Shown here piece after piece: positions 1-10,564 of a stretch of 64,000 nt of DNA (positions are counted from its first letter, which is position 1; the number at the start of each line of letters is the position of its first letter). A program made the position numbers and the translations under genes. The stretch is taken from assembly GCA_044892525.1 (NCBI GenBank), contig CM097886.1, positions 65,100,001 to 65,164,000 on the forward strand, given 5' to 3'. Under the pieces are notes generated by a model. That model ran no database searches, was not told the origin of the DNA, and saw nothing but the letters and a program-made list of their open reading frames with translations. Source of the stretch: Schmidtea polychroa. Taxonomy: Eukaryota.

Positions 1-51
1 CCAATACATTTTTTAACATTACAAGCTCTGTGATACCCAGTGCAAATCCCA

Positions 52-93
52 ATAGTAGACTAGTTTCGAGCTTTTGGCTCTCATCAGTATTAC
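52..93 (-). ncRNA. Minimal type I hammerhead ribozyme motif (Penelope/retrozyme type)
   Basis: Minus strand reads GTAATA-CTGATGA-GAGC-CAAAA-GCTC-GAAA-CTAG-TC-TACTAT. Catalytic core is intact, stem II has 4 bp, stem III is the palindrome ACTAGT, and stem I pairs 5 of 6. A 7-bp hairpin (103-120) lies just 5' of it on that strand. Confidence 0.8.
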
Positions 94-332
94 ACAAGAT
101 ACGCGAAGATTTCTCTTCGCGCCAGGTAAGCATATAATATTACTGATTCAACTCTATTGCATACTTTCCATGGTACACTGGAAATCACATCACTTGCAAA
201 TTAGCTAAATCACAGAAAAAATATCTACAAACTTGTAAACATGGCGTATGAAAAATCATACCAGGGAAAGTATGGAATAGATTTGAACCAGCAATATTGT
301 AGACTTACCTATCCGTAAATAAATATTTTACA

Positions 333-334
<2 letters not shown>

Positions 335-388
<54 letters not shown>
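335..388. repeat. (TA)n microsatellite
   Basis: Uninterrupted TA run. Confidence 0.95.
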
Positions 389-391
<3 letters not shown>

Positions 392-1427
392 TAAAGGAGT
401 GTATTTGCTGAAAACTGTCATTTATTGGGTTAGTATTTTTTATACATTTAAAAAAATTTTCATGTAATTAAAAAATATGGTTAGTAATTAACATTAACAA
501 TCAGTATATAATAACAAAACTCAATATTTTTATTTAATAAAGCAAAATATGAACTATAAAAAGTCTATAAACTATAAAAAAGTTTTACCTCCAAGCGTTT
601 AATTGAAAACCCCTTCAATGTCACGGTCATTTGTCTAATTCAGTTTTAATTGTCGTAAGTGTGATTCAGACACGTTACTTGAAAGGTTAATTATAAATAC
701 AATAAAAAAAATTATATTTTATATTTATAATTTATTTATTAACATGCGTTTTTGTTTATTATGAGAAATAGTGACAAAATAAATTTTTGACTACTTAAAT
801 TTTCATGGATTGAAATATGAAATGTTTATAGTAATTATATTTTTAATGTATCATGAAAGTTTTTATATAACTTTTGATAAAAATAATAAGTTTAAAGTGT
901 TTTTATATGACTAAAGTATTCTTATTTGATAATTATAATTTAAAAAACATCTAAAAAAATATTATTTTATTATTTTTTTCAATTGATGTAATTTCAATTT
1001 CCTTTATCTTTATTTCTTTTCATACTATATACCCATTTTAATAACACGAATTATCGGTACAGTCAAATATATGTTTATTCAAAGCAATAATTTTAAAAAT
1101 AAATATTTACAATAAAATGCGTTTGCATTTTAAAAGTATTGTAAAACAACAAAAAACAATTCAATTTAAAAAAATTATGATATAATTTTTAAAAATTCAT
1201 TTTTAAAAAAAAGTTCGAGATTGAATATCTCATACAAACACCTAAATTATTAATACTATTGTAATTAAATATATTGTTGTTTTAAATTATTATTTTATGA
1301 ATAAGATTATCAGGAACGCTGAGAATAACAACTCTAACATTTGTACTGGAACATAAACATCAATTATAAGTAGTAGGATGTGTCACCACTGGCACACAAC
1401 CCCCGGGGGGGGGGTAAGAAATTTTTT

Positions 1428-2002
1428 TCAAGGCCAAATTTTAAACAAAGAAATATGATTCATCAAGGTCATTGAAACAAAGACCATGACTCATCATATG
1501 ACTCATCGAGGCCATAACCCATCAAGGTCATTGGATGACTCACCAAGGCCATGACTCATTCAAGAGCATTGGATGACTCATCAAGGTCATATTTTTAAAG
1601 GCCAAGGTCATATTTTAAGGTCAAACCTTCACCAAAGGGTATCATTCGAAAGGTATTTGAGAGGTCTATCTAATGGTCATACCCTCGAAGGTGTATGGTG
1701 GGTCCTCGGCCTTTATAATATATCATTCGAAAGGTATTTGAGAGGTCTATCTAATGGCTATACCCTCGAAGGTGTATGGTGGGTCAATAACCTTCAAAGG
1801 GTGTCCAAAATTAAATATTGTTAAAACCATACAATATATATATATATATATATATCATTCGAAAGGACTTTTGATGGTGAGTTCGAAGGTCGAAGGGTTA
1901 AAAAATTTTAAAACCTTATAATATACATATCAAACAAAAGGTATTTGAGATGTAAGTATCATGGTCATACTTTCAAAGGTCATATTTTTAAGGTCAAGGT
2001 CA
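1428..2002 (+). promoter_or_regulatory. Terminal array of TGACTCA and YCAAGGYCA motifs (putative enhancer or origin-binding array)
   Basis: TGACTCA at 1487, 1499, 1536, 1552 and 1574, plus TGATTCA at 1456. YCAAGGYCA at 1428, 1463, 1522, 1543, 1581, 1602 and 1994. Function is inferred. Confidence 0.5.
1640..1785 (+). repeat. 65-bp direct repeat pair (period 81) with degenerate further copies near 1854 and 1927
   Basis: TATCATTCGAAAGGTATTTGAGAGGTCTATCTAATGG...GGTGTATGGTGGGTC at 1640-1704 and 1721-1785, with 2 mismatches. Confidence 0.9.
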
Positions 2003-2165
2003 TATTTTTAATTAAAGATTGCGTGTGTGTATTTTCTTAAAATTAATATTTTGAGAGTACCTTTGCTTGGATTTTATTGATCAAGGGGTCATTTTAAAAG
2101 GTAATTCAAAGGGGAATCCGTGCGCGCAAATGTTGTCTTAATTTGTTTTAATAAAGTAGAAATAT

Positions 2166-2192
2166 CATTATTATAAGTATTATTATTATTAA

Positions 2193-2247
<55 letters not shown>

Positions 2248-2378
2248 TATTATTATATATACCCCGAGTTTATCCAACACAATATTCTGTCCCCCTATAG
2301 GTAATGGTCACAAGGGTACTGGTCACGCTCAACAACTCGCAATGGTATTATTACTTATATTATTATTACTATTATTAC

Positions 2379-2450
<72 letters not shown>
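2166..2450. repeat. Two (TTA)n microsatellite tracts inside the element
   Basis: TTA/ATT runs at ~2166-2250 and ~2347-2450. Confidence 0.9.
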
Positions 2451-2460
2451 GAAACATATA

Positions 2461-2468
2461 TATAAATA
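2461..2468 (+). promoter_or_regulatory. TATA box of the RING gene
   Basis: TATAAATA ~50 nt upstream of ATG 2510, with TCATT/CATT initiator-like motifs 20-30 nt downstream. Confidence 0.5.
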
Positions 2469-2509
2469 GGTCTAATAACTTCATTTACAACATTCACAAA
2501 TATTCATCG

Positions 2510-2530
2510 ATGTGTTCAAACGATCCACAG
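2510..2530 (+). CDS. RING gene predicted exon 1 (MCSNDPQ)
   Basis: ATG 2510 followed by CAG|GTTTGA donor. The 44-nt intron ends in TTTTAAATAAG at 2574 and splices in phase 0 onto the open frame that otherwise lacks an early ATG. Confidence 0.6.
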
Positions 2531-2574
2531 GTTTGATGTTATAATTATTTAGTAATTTAGTTATTTTAAATAAG

Positions 2575-3078
2575 GTACAAGAATTGTCTATTGATTGGGA
2601 TCATTCTTTTTTAATAATAGATAAACTTCTAACAATAAATGATGAAGATTATATATTCCTGGCCAAAATAAACAAATCTTTCAAACATCAAGTAATTCAA
2701 AATCTATTTGATAAGTTCGGCTTCAATATATCGATGTTGAAATTAACCAGCTGTATAATATCTATAAATAATATTAACCATACAGAAATTAACATGCTTA
2801 AGGTTTTCTGGATATGTATGGATTTCAGGTTCCGAAAATATCGCGAGCTTATTGAAATCTTCCTTCTTAATGCATATAAACTTGGTATTACAATACATAA
2901 TTTACTGAATGAAGCCAGAAAACAGTTTATTACATGTTGTATATGTCGAATTCGAGAAGTTTCTATTCTATATCTGCCTTGTGGTCATATCATTATTTGT
3001 TCCTTATGTTTGAAAAACTGTAGTAGATGTCAGAGTTGTGGTGTCATAATCGATGAATCTCATTCAGTGTATTTTTGA
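2575..3078 (+). CDS. C-terminal C3HC4 RING protein (IAP/MDM2-like RING, putative E3 ligase), exon 2; ~174 aa total
   Basis: CxxC-x11-PCGH-x3-CxxC-x6-CxxC followed by a C-terminal VYF tail as in IAP-type RINGs. No BIR domain visible. AATAAA lies directly after the stop (3079-3084). Confidence 0.85.
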   Translation, partial: VQELSIDWDHSFLIIDKLLTINDEDYIFLAKINKSFKHQVIQNLFDKFGFNISMLKLTSCIISINNINHTEINMLKVFWICMDFRFRKYRELIEIFLLNAYKLGITIHNLLNEARKQFITCCICRIREVSILYLPCGHIIICSLCLKNCSRCQSCGVIIDESHSVYF

Positions 3079-3101
3079 AATAAATGTTGTAAAACTCCTA
3101 C

Positions 3102-3185
<84 letters not shown>
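3102..3185. repeat. (TTA)n microsatellite between the convergent RING and PolB genes
   Basis: Perfect TTA run. Confidence 0.95.
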
Positions 3186-3189
<4 letters not shown>

Positions 3190-3411
3190 ATTTCAACTTT
3201 AAATCACAAATCATTGTTAACTAAAAAAATTGTTAACTAGTCGATTATTATAAAATTTATAACACAAAAGTTATATCATAAAAAGTTGACAAACAAAAAT
3301 AACTAAATATTTACAAATTTTTTATTCGCCATCATATTTACAAATTTTGATTCAACATCGTATTTACACAAATATAATCACAATGTTAAATAATTGGCCC
3401 AAAAAATAACT

Positions 3412-6400
3412 TTAAATTATTGAGTTGAATATTTGATTGAATTGTTGATCTCGAATGACAGGATCCGTTTCAGGCATGACGATATTACCACCACCATCTA
3501 AGACATCGACCCCTCTATAATATCCATATGCAAAACTTGAGTTTTTCCCTACCCAAGCTCTCTTATCGTCGTGATTATTTAAAGCTATTTTTGAGTTTTT
3601 AAAAGTAAACAGCTGATGATTCCGGGTTCCTATTCTAGTTTGAGGAACCGACATGACTGTGTTGTTGTTATAGCAGTCTAAATAAGATTGATGTTTGATG
3701 TCGGTCCCCGGTAATTTTACGCCCTTAGCCCTTATTGTTGACTTATTTCCTAATAGGCTGTAACATTTAGGACGTAAGAAAACTCATTCACTATATCCTA
3801 ACCCTTTACTCTCATCCTTAAACTTGCCTATAACTGAGTCAAGTCGCCTGGAATATAAAGGATGAGAGGGATCGTAATTTGAAGTATCTAAAAGGTCATC
3901 CGAAATCATCGCTTGTAATAAGATATCTAATTTTAAATTTTTAACCTCTAAAAAGAAAGAGTCGGTATCACCCGCTACTAAATTAATTTCACAATTATAA
4001 ATATCCCGATATCGTTGTAGCTCTATATACTGTAACTGATACATCCGTAGTTTGGATAGATCCAGTACTGATTGTCCGATGTAGCTGGGTCTATCCAAAC
4101 ATATAGAGTCCTTATTGAGATGCTTGGCAAACAGATCATCAGCTATTTCAATGGTTTTTCTGAATGCCGGTTTTGACGAATATGTAATTAATTTTTCAGA
4201 TGAATTACATAGTCGCAAATTCACCCTCTTTTTAAGGTTCTCTACGGATTTACCGTACAGGCTATTATTATATAATTTAAATAAATCTCTATATATTTCA
4301 CTGACTGCATTAGCACGCAAGTTAGTGTTTTTATCGATATAATGTTTAAAGATATGATTTTGTTTATATTTTATAGCTCTGTGTATATTTACAACCTTAG
4401 CCCCAAGTTAAAGATAAAGCCTGAGAAGCCTCCAATGAAGAACATAGTTCTTCTTTGGATAATGCGTGAGCATCAACTTCTCAACTTTTGAGTTAGGTGA
4501 GCACATCTTTTCCGGTCCAATCGGAAAGTCATTTAAAAAATCATGGAAATCAATCGGAATCTCGATATCAACTTCCATAGTATATCCATATGGAAGTGTT
4601 TCGATATCCGCAACATTCACACACTCATCCAAAACTTCATTCAAGCCATCATACACCCAAGTAAAATCACCATAGGGAAGACTTTGGCTAAGAGCCCAAC
4701 CATACAGATTATTTATATCAATATACAATAATTCTGTATCATCTGAAGCAGCCGTGTAATGTTTGTTAACAAATGTTAACACACCCCGTATTCCTCCCTC
4801 GTAAAAATTGAACATTTCCATGTCCTGTAAAAGTTCTATGGGTTCCGTTAATGTCATAAGCGCTGAGGCCCATGACATACCGGGAATTCCATAAAAATTT
4901 AAAGGTTCCAATCCATTGTATGCAATGACATTGGCCCGGAATTGTTGAAAGTAATCAGCGAGTAGGAATACATCGAGTTTGAGGTAGGTTAACATATAGT
5001 CACGCAAATTTATACAGTTTTGCTGCGTCCAGATTAGTTGTGCCTTAGCATACTCATCTTCGCTAACACCAGACCAAATAGGAGGTAGTTCATATGTAGT
5101 CTCAAGAACATCAAATGAGGTAGTAAAATCATACGGAAAAATACCTTTACAGTCAACTATAGTACCTTGAAAGACAGACGAAGTTAAAGGAAGAGAAGTT
5201 AGTGTTTTCACAGCCTTAGCTAAAGAGCAATTAACAAATTGCATAGAATCTATAAATCTCACAGCCAATTTATTGATATGTACAATTAACGAAATAAATT
5301 TTTCGGTTGAGGTAGGAATTATGTTCAAGTCCCAAGATGGAAAGCCATTGAGACCGTATTTTAAAATATGATGGAGGTCATAACCTCGTAAATTATGAAA
5401 AACAATAGGTAGTAGACGATAAATTCGACGAGCAACATTACATTTTCGGCAAGATGCCCCTAGATATTTACCAGAGAAATGACAGTGGTCTCTTACCGGA
5501 TTTACTATAGGTTTTTTACATAAATAGCAATTTCGACAAGATTTAAACTGACGTTCCTCAATGAAAGACATCGGTCCTATCAACTTATTACCTTCCATAT
5601 CATAATACGGTATCACAACAGTAGTAGCAATTTCCTCAACTTTTTTAAGAAAATCAGTAATACAGTCAAGGCCATAAAATTCAAAATATTGTTTAGTATT
5701 TTTATAATTATTTATTAATAAAAGGCCTGCTGAACTAGGCATATGAATTTGATGATGACGAACATCAGGGGGTAAAACCGACTCAAAATCGGCATAAATT
5801 ACAAAAGGTGGTGTTATTGTTTTTGAAAAATTTTGAAATTCGAGATTTTTATTTGAGGGTAAAGTGTAAAGGGTTGTACCTGTCTGATTTTTGGCACATA
5901 ATGCGACATGAATATTAAACGCGTTATCTAATCGGAACCCGTTAAGACAGTGTGGGCACCATTGACATCTTATTTGAACGTTACAGTCCGGGTTCCGATG
6001 GCAGTTCATTAGTCTATTGATATTGGTCACAGCAGTATAATGATATCGATCCTTATTTTCTAATAATAACAAATAAATTGGGTTTCCGTCAGTGACCTTA
6101 GATCGATGGATAAGACTTAAATGAGGATGGTGAAAGACATAATTATCAGGGGTTTCATCGTCATCAATTATTATAGTTGGAGTGTATGAAAGCACATTAA
6201 TGGCTAATTTTAAATTTATTTTTTTCTTTTCAAATTTAGGAATGTTGATTAATTTCATGGGACGATCCGTGACTTCGTCATATTTTAATTCACTCAAAAA
6301 TTCAGTATATTTAGATACTCTTTGAGGATTTTCACCTATTTGATCTTTCTTTAATAAGTAAAGAATGGAATACAGAAAGCATTTATCGTCGCTATTTTTG

Positions 6401-6654
6401 ATGTTAAGTATAGCTTTCTTATTTTTCAATTCAGAAGGGGTTTTAATATATTGATGTCCTGCCAAGCGACTAATTGGTTCATATTTAGTGATAATAAAAT
6501 GTATCTCAAGAATGTTGATAACGCGCCATCCACTGCCTAAATAAGCAAATTGTTCTATTTTTTCATTAAGTTTATGAACCCCTTCGTTTAAAAAGTCATC
6601 AGAAAATGTCGTTGCATTATTAGAAAAGAAATTGTCACGGATTTCACCATCTTT
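3412..6654 (-). pseudogene. polB: Protein-primed family B DNA polymerase (Polinton-type) with N-terminal zinc-finger and endonuclease-VII-like domains; two in-frame stops, 5' end disrupted
   Basis: One continuous frame joins ORFs 4408-6465, 3784-4320 and 3412-3654 across TAA 4408-4410 and TGA 3784-3786. Motifs: GSGW..YI..P..KKAILNI.N.D.KCF, ExoI YADFES, RDHCHFSGKYLGASCRKCN, ExoII HNLRGYD, ExoIII YLKLDV, motif A DINNLYG, motif B KLYNNSLYGK, motif C GDTDS, and C-terminal DDKR. Confidence 0.92.
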
Positions 6655-6979
6655 TATCTGTTAAAATTATTTTAATTAATTGCGCATCTGATACATCAAA
6701 ACGTAAAGTCTTGATAGCGCCATTAATTAAAATAATTTTAACAGATAAAATCAAAACTAAATTAATAAAAGAAATTAATAAAATGGGGAGCGTCAAAATT
6801 CAATTTGCGATATTAATTCGATTTGAAAAAGATGGTGAAATCCGTGACAATTACTTTTCTAATAATGCAACGACATTTTCTGATGACTTTTTAAACGAAG
6901 GGGTTCATAAACTTAATGAAAAAATAGAACAATTTACTTATTTAGGCAGTGGATGGCGCGTTATCAACATTCTTGAGAT
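6503..6979. repeat. Fold-back inverted duplication of the PolB 5' region
   Basis: 6503-6685 is the reverse complement of 6717-6750 plus 6831-6979 (3 mismatches). The 80 nt at 6751-6830 are missing from the left arm; the spacer is 31 nt. Confidence 0.92.
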
Positions 6980-7499
6980 CTGACTTGGTAGAGGTGTGTA
7001 CAACTTTAATTTTTAATAAAAAAGTTTGATGCCAGACAATCTAAATATTTTACTTTATTTAATAATTTAGAATGCACATTCTTTATATAAGTACAAGCGA
7101 GTTACAGAAAAAACAACAATTTAACGAAGTTCACTCAAACACACAGAAACTCTACAAGAATATCAAAACATGTTTACTCAACGATTTTTAAACTAATGAG
7201 AGTATATTACCATTTTCTGATAAACAAGAAACAATTTAATGTATGAATGAAAATAAACCCAATCTTTTTATGAATATATTAGTGGGTGTAGATTACAACA
7301 ACGTCGAATTAGATGATGATTTGATTAAAAAACGTAGGAAAGTTTACGTGTATCTTAAAATCATCTAAACTTTCAAAAAATAACAAAACAAAACATCCAT
7401 ATTTTCGTGTAATCGTGGTTTACGCCGAAAACTAAAATTTAATATATTTTACACAATTTTAATTAGACATTAAAACATTCGATACAATCTAGTGGTAAT

Positions 7500-8150
7500 A
7501 AAAAGTGAAATAAATTTGGATAATTGACAAAAAATTAAAATGTCAATTGGGAATTTTTCTGAAACCGACAGACTTTTAATTACTGTAGTTGACAAAATTA
7601 TGACAAAACTATTGAAATTCCATGATAATAATCTTAAATTAAAAATAATAGATTTATATGAAAATTTCTAAATTCAATACACTCAGAGTTTAAACTGTGA
7701 AACAATTTTTAGAAAACTAAAATTATTTATCGGGCTTTTATTTAAAATCAGAAGAATAAATTTTAAAAAGATTATTCAAAAAAATTAAAATTTAATTTCC
7801 TTGTAATTTTAATATTATAATAAAATTAGTAAAATTATTATGTTTTTATGAAAAACATTTAAGTGTTCATGTATAACAATTTAAATAATAAATAAGGATT
7901 ATATCACAATTCGATGTACTTCTATTTCTGCCAGCTTCATAAAATGCTCAAATTTTAACGAAAGTATATTAATCTTAAATAAAACTTACTAATCTCCTAT
8001 TATATCAACTGATTGAGAACTGCGAACTGCTGTTTAACAACTAATAGTTATCAGATGGTAAAAATAATCAACTCTCAAGAAATTAGAAAACATGAATTTT
8101 CACCAGGGGAAAATTGCCAATTTAAAACGAATGGCTACTGAAAATTCTAA
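7500..8150 (+). mobile_element. Possible highly decayed L2/CR1-like non-LTR RT C-terminal relic
   Basis: Stop-interrupted frame with HDNNLKLK and KLFIGLLFKIRR, resembling the LINE RT thumb region. Weak. Confidence 0.3.
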
Positions 8151-8903
8151 ATAATTTCACAAATTTTAACGTGTTGATTAAGATAACTTTTTATATTTTG
8201 TATAATATTTCACAGGTTGTATTTGGAATTGATCAATTTTGGCTATTAATATTATTTTAGTGCTGTATTATTATTGAAATAAGTTCAACTAAAAAAATTT
8301 ATGTTTCAAAATATATAAATAAATATTTAAATAATCATACATATTTAGCAATTCGATTAGGTTTTTTGAAAGCTCGTTTCTGTGTGCTTAATTAATTTCA
8401 TGTAATGACGCATATTCGTGATATTAGCAGAACAAATTTGCATGTTCAAAAATTCAAAAAAAATTGTGAAATTTTCAAATTGATTTTTGGTTCATACAAC
8501 CAATATAAACAGTTAACAGGTTAATAAATTTTCGCATATAAATAAAAAAGATTTATTGTGTTAATAGATTTTATAAATTTAATATTTAAATAATTGCCAC
8601 ATACTCTTTTTCTCCAATGTTTTTATCACATTGACAGCTAGTCAGATAAACCGAACTTATTAAGGAATATCAATTGTTTAATTAAAAACCAAATAATTAT
8701 TTAAAAACATTTTAATTAATGAAAGCTTTAAAATAATAGACAATTATTTAAAAGAATGAAAAGCTTATTGATTTAGAGTCTAAATTTTAGACACTAGGAA
8801 ATAAATTTTTGTGAAAAATGCATTATATAAACATATATGACATTTCCATATTTAGAATAATTATGAATGTAAACGTAATAAAAATACTAATTTTAAAAGT
8901 TAC

Positions 8904-8981
8904 CCTGCATCTTGAGCTTCATGTGCTCGAATAATTGAAAGAATATTGTTATTCTGAAGGAAATCACAGCAAGCTGGATAG
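8904..8981 (-). CDS. PPP3CA: Calcineurin A catalytic subunit, coding exon 7 (78 nt)
   Basis: YPACCDFLQNNNILSIIRAHEAQDAG; acceptor TTCAG, donor GTAACT; phases join exon 6. Confidence 0.95.
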
Positions 8982-10564
8982 CTGAATTAAAATAAAATTT
9001 ATTTTAAAGATGAAATAATAATTTTAAACTCATTTAAAAAGAAAATAATATTTAATTTCTTTAAGAAAACGATGAAAACTTCATTTGTCCTATGTTCCAA
9101 ACTCGTATATAATTTTTAATTTTAATGAAAGCAATGCCTCACACATTAAAGAGACTACCTACATATTTGAACACTAAGTCAAAAGTATTTTCTATTGAAA
9201 TTTTAAAAATAAATTAATTGAAATAGAAGCAATGTAATGAAAAATAAAAATGTAAACGAAACAGGCAGCAAAGGAATTACCACAAAAGATGCCAAAATGA
9301 TAATAAAAATTTTCATTTTTTAATGGATCTTTGTTTTCACAATGTCAAAATAATTTAATATTTATATTATTTATTATGTGTATAAATTACTTTATTTATT
9401 TAGTGTTGAAGTCAATGATCGTTTGATCATGAAGATACTACTAATTCAGTAATAATATAAGTGAAGATAAATGCGAAGGAAGGAAATATTCAAAAGTATG
9501 TTTTGTAGATGTTCTTTATCAAAAGTGTATGAAGAATGACAAATAAAACACAATCAGAACCATTATGGTGGTATTATCGTATCACTATTATTTTATGAAA
9601 ATTGAAAATTTCAATAACTTGTGGATATAAACCTCATTATGAAACAAATTGACTTCACAGAGTGTAGAGAACCTTAAATTTAAATTTCAGCAACATTTAA
9701 AAATAACGGGGACCCATTTATTATTTGTTTTTATTTTTAAATATTTTATTTATAATATATAATATAAAAATGTATTTTTATTTTGAATTAAGTTAATAAA
9801 TATAATTTTTAATTATAAAATTAGTACTCAAATTCTTAACTATTTTATATAAATATTAAATATAAGGAAATGAAAATATCAAATAACAAACAACAATAAA
9901 AATAACAAATGTGTCAATCTAAACCGTATTTTTGTTTTTACTACAAAATAAATTTTAAATTGTTTTCACACTTTACCTCACTAATAACTAGAGCTCTTTG
10001 ATAGTCTTGTTAGAACCACAACTTTACCAACGGCATTGCATTCCAATTTAATAATTTAATAACATTGACGGACAGTAGAAACAAGTGACATTTGAAAATT
10101 GACACTATATGACGGCTATAGACGCAAGTGTCCGTCAACGTGTTAAAGGTTTTCAAAGTAGATAAATTATCTTAAAATATATAATATTTTCAATGAAGTA
10201 TTTTTCAATCCACTATCTTTTGCTTCTGTGAAAAATCTTGATGAAGTTCTGGATAAATTTTCCAATTTTCCAGACAGTCTTTGATGCAATGACACAGCAA
10301 GCTATTCACCAAGGAACAAACACAAACTACGTTAAATTTTCAAAATTTCATTTTTCAGTTCTTGAGCAATTGTTTATTCCATACAATTTTTATTTGATAG
10401 ATAAAAATAGATAAAAACAGTAAATCCTTTCTGTAAAAATTTGAAAATAATTAACTTTAGAGATTTATGTTGTCGCATCACTAATGGCAACTGGACTGAC
10501 TTAAACAACCTCAAGTAATTATTCCAGAACTAGAACACCTAATTGGAGTCCTAACATGCTACAT

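Larger units (their letters stand above)
1369..6979. mobile_element. Truncated Polinton/Maverick-like (virus-type) element, copy 1
   Basis: Starts AGTAGTAGG, an (AGT)n terminus typical of Polintons, followed by a CCCCCGGGGGGGGGG tract and a repeat-rich terminal region. Carries a RING gene and a protein-primed PolB. No matching second terminus, integrase or capsid gene found; ends in a fold-back. Confidence 0.75.

Noticed and set aside
1640-1785. Repeat-spacer-repeat pattern resembling CRISPR
   Set aside because: Eukaryotic context, 65-bp units, only two good copies, 16-nt spacer, no cas genes.
1573-1824. 83-aa ORF with an internal repeat
   Set aside because: It is the translation of the subterminal DNA repeats; no protein-like features.
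2089-2280. Poly-Asn ORF diverging from the RING gene
   Set aside because: Dominated by an (AAT)n microsatellite, GTG start, no recognisable motif.
3784-3786. Possible TGA=Trp recoding in PolB
   Set aside because: Single instance; another Trp codon checked is TGG, the other lesion is TAA, and copy 2 has TGG here.
4115-4731. Plus-strand ORFs overlapping PolB
   Set aside because: Antisense shadows of the PolB frame.
1-8903. Searched for calcineurin exon 8 (YRMY...GFPSLITIFSAPNY)
   Set aside because: Not found on the minus strand; it presumably lies left of the window.
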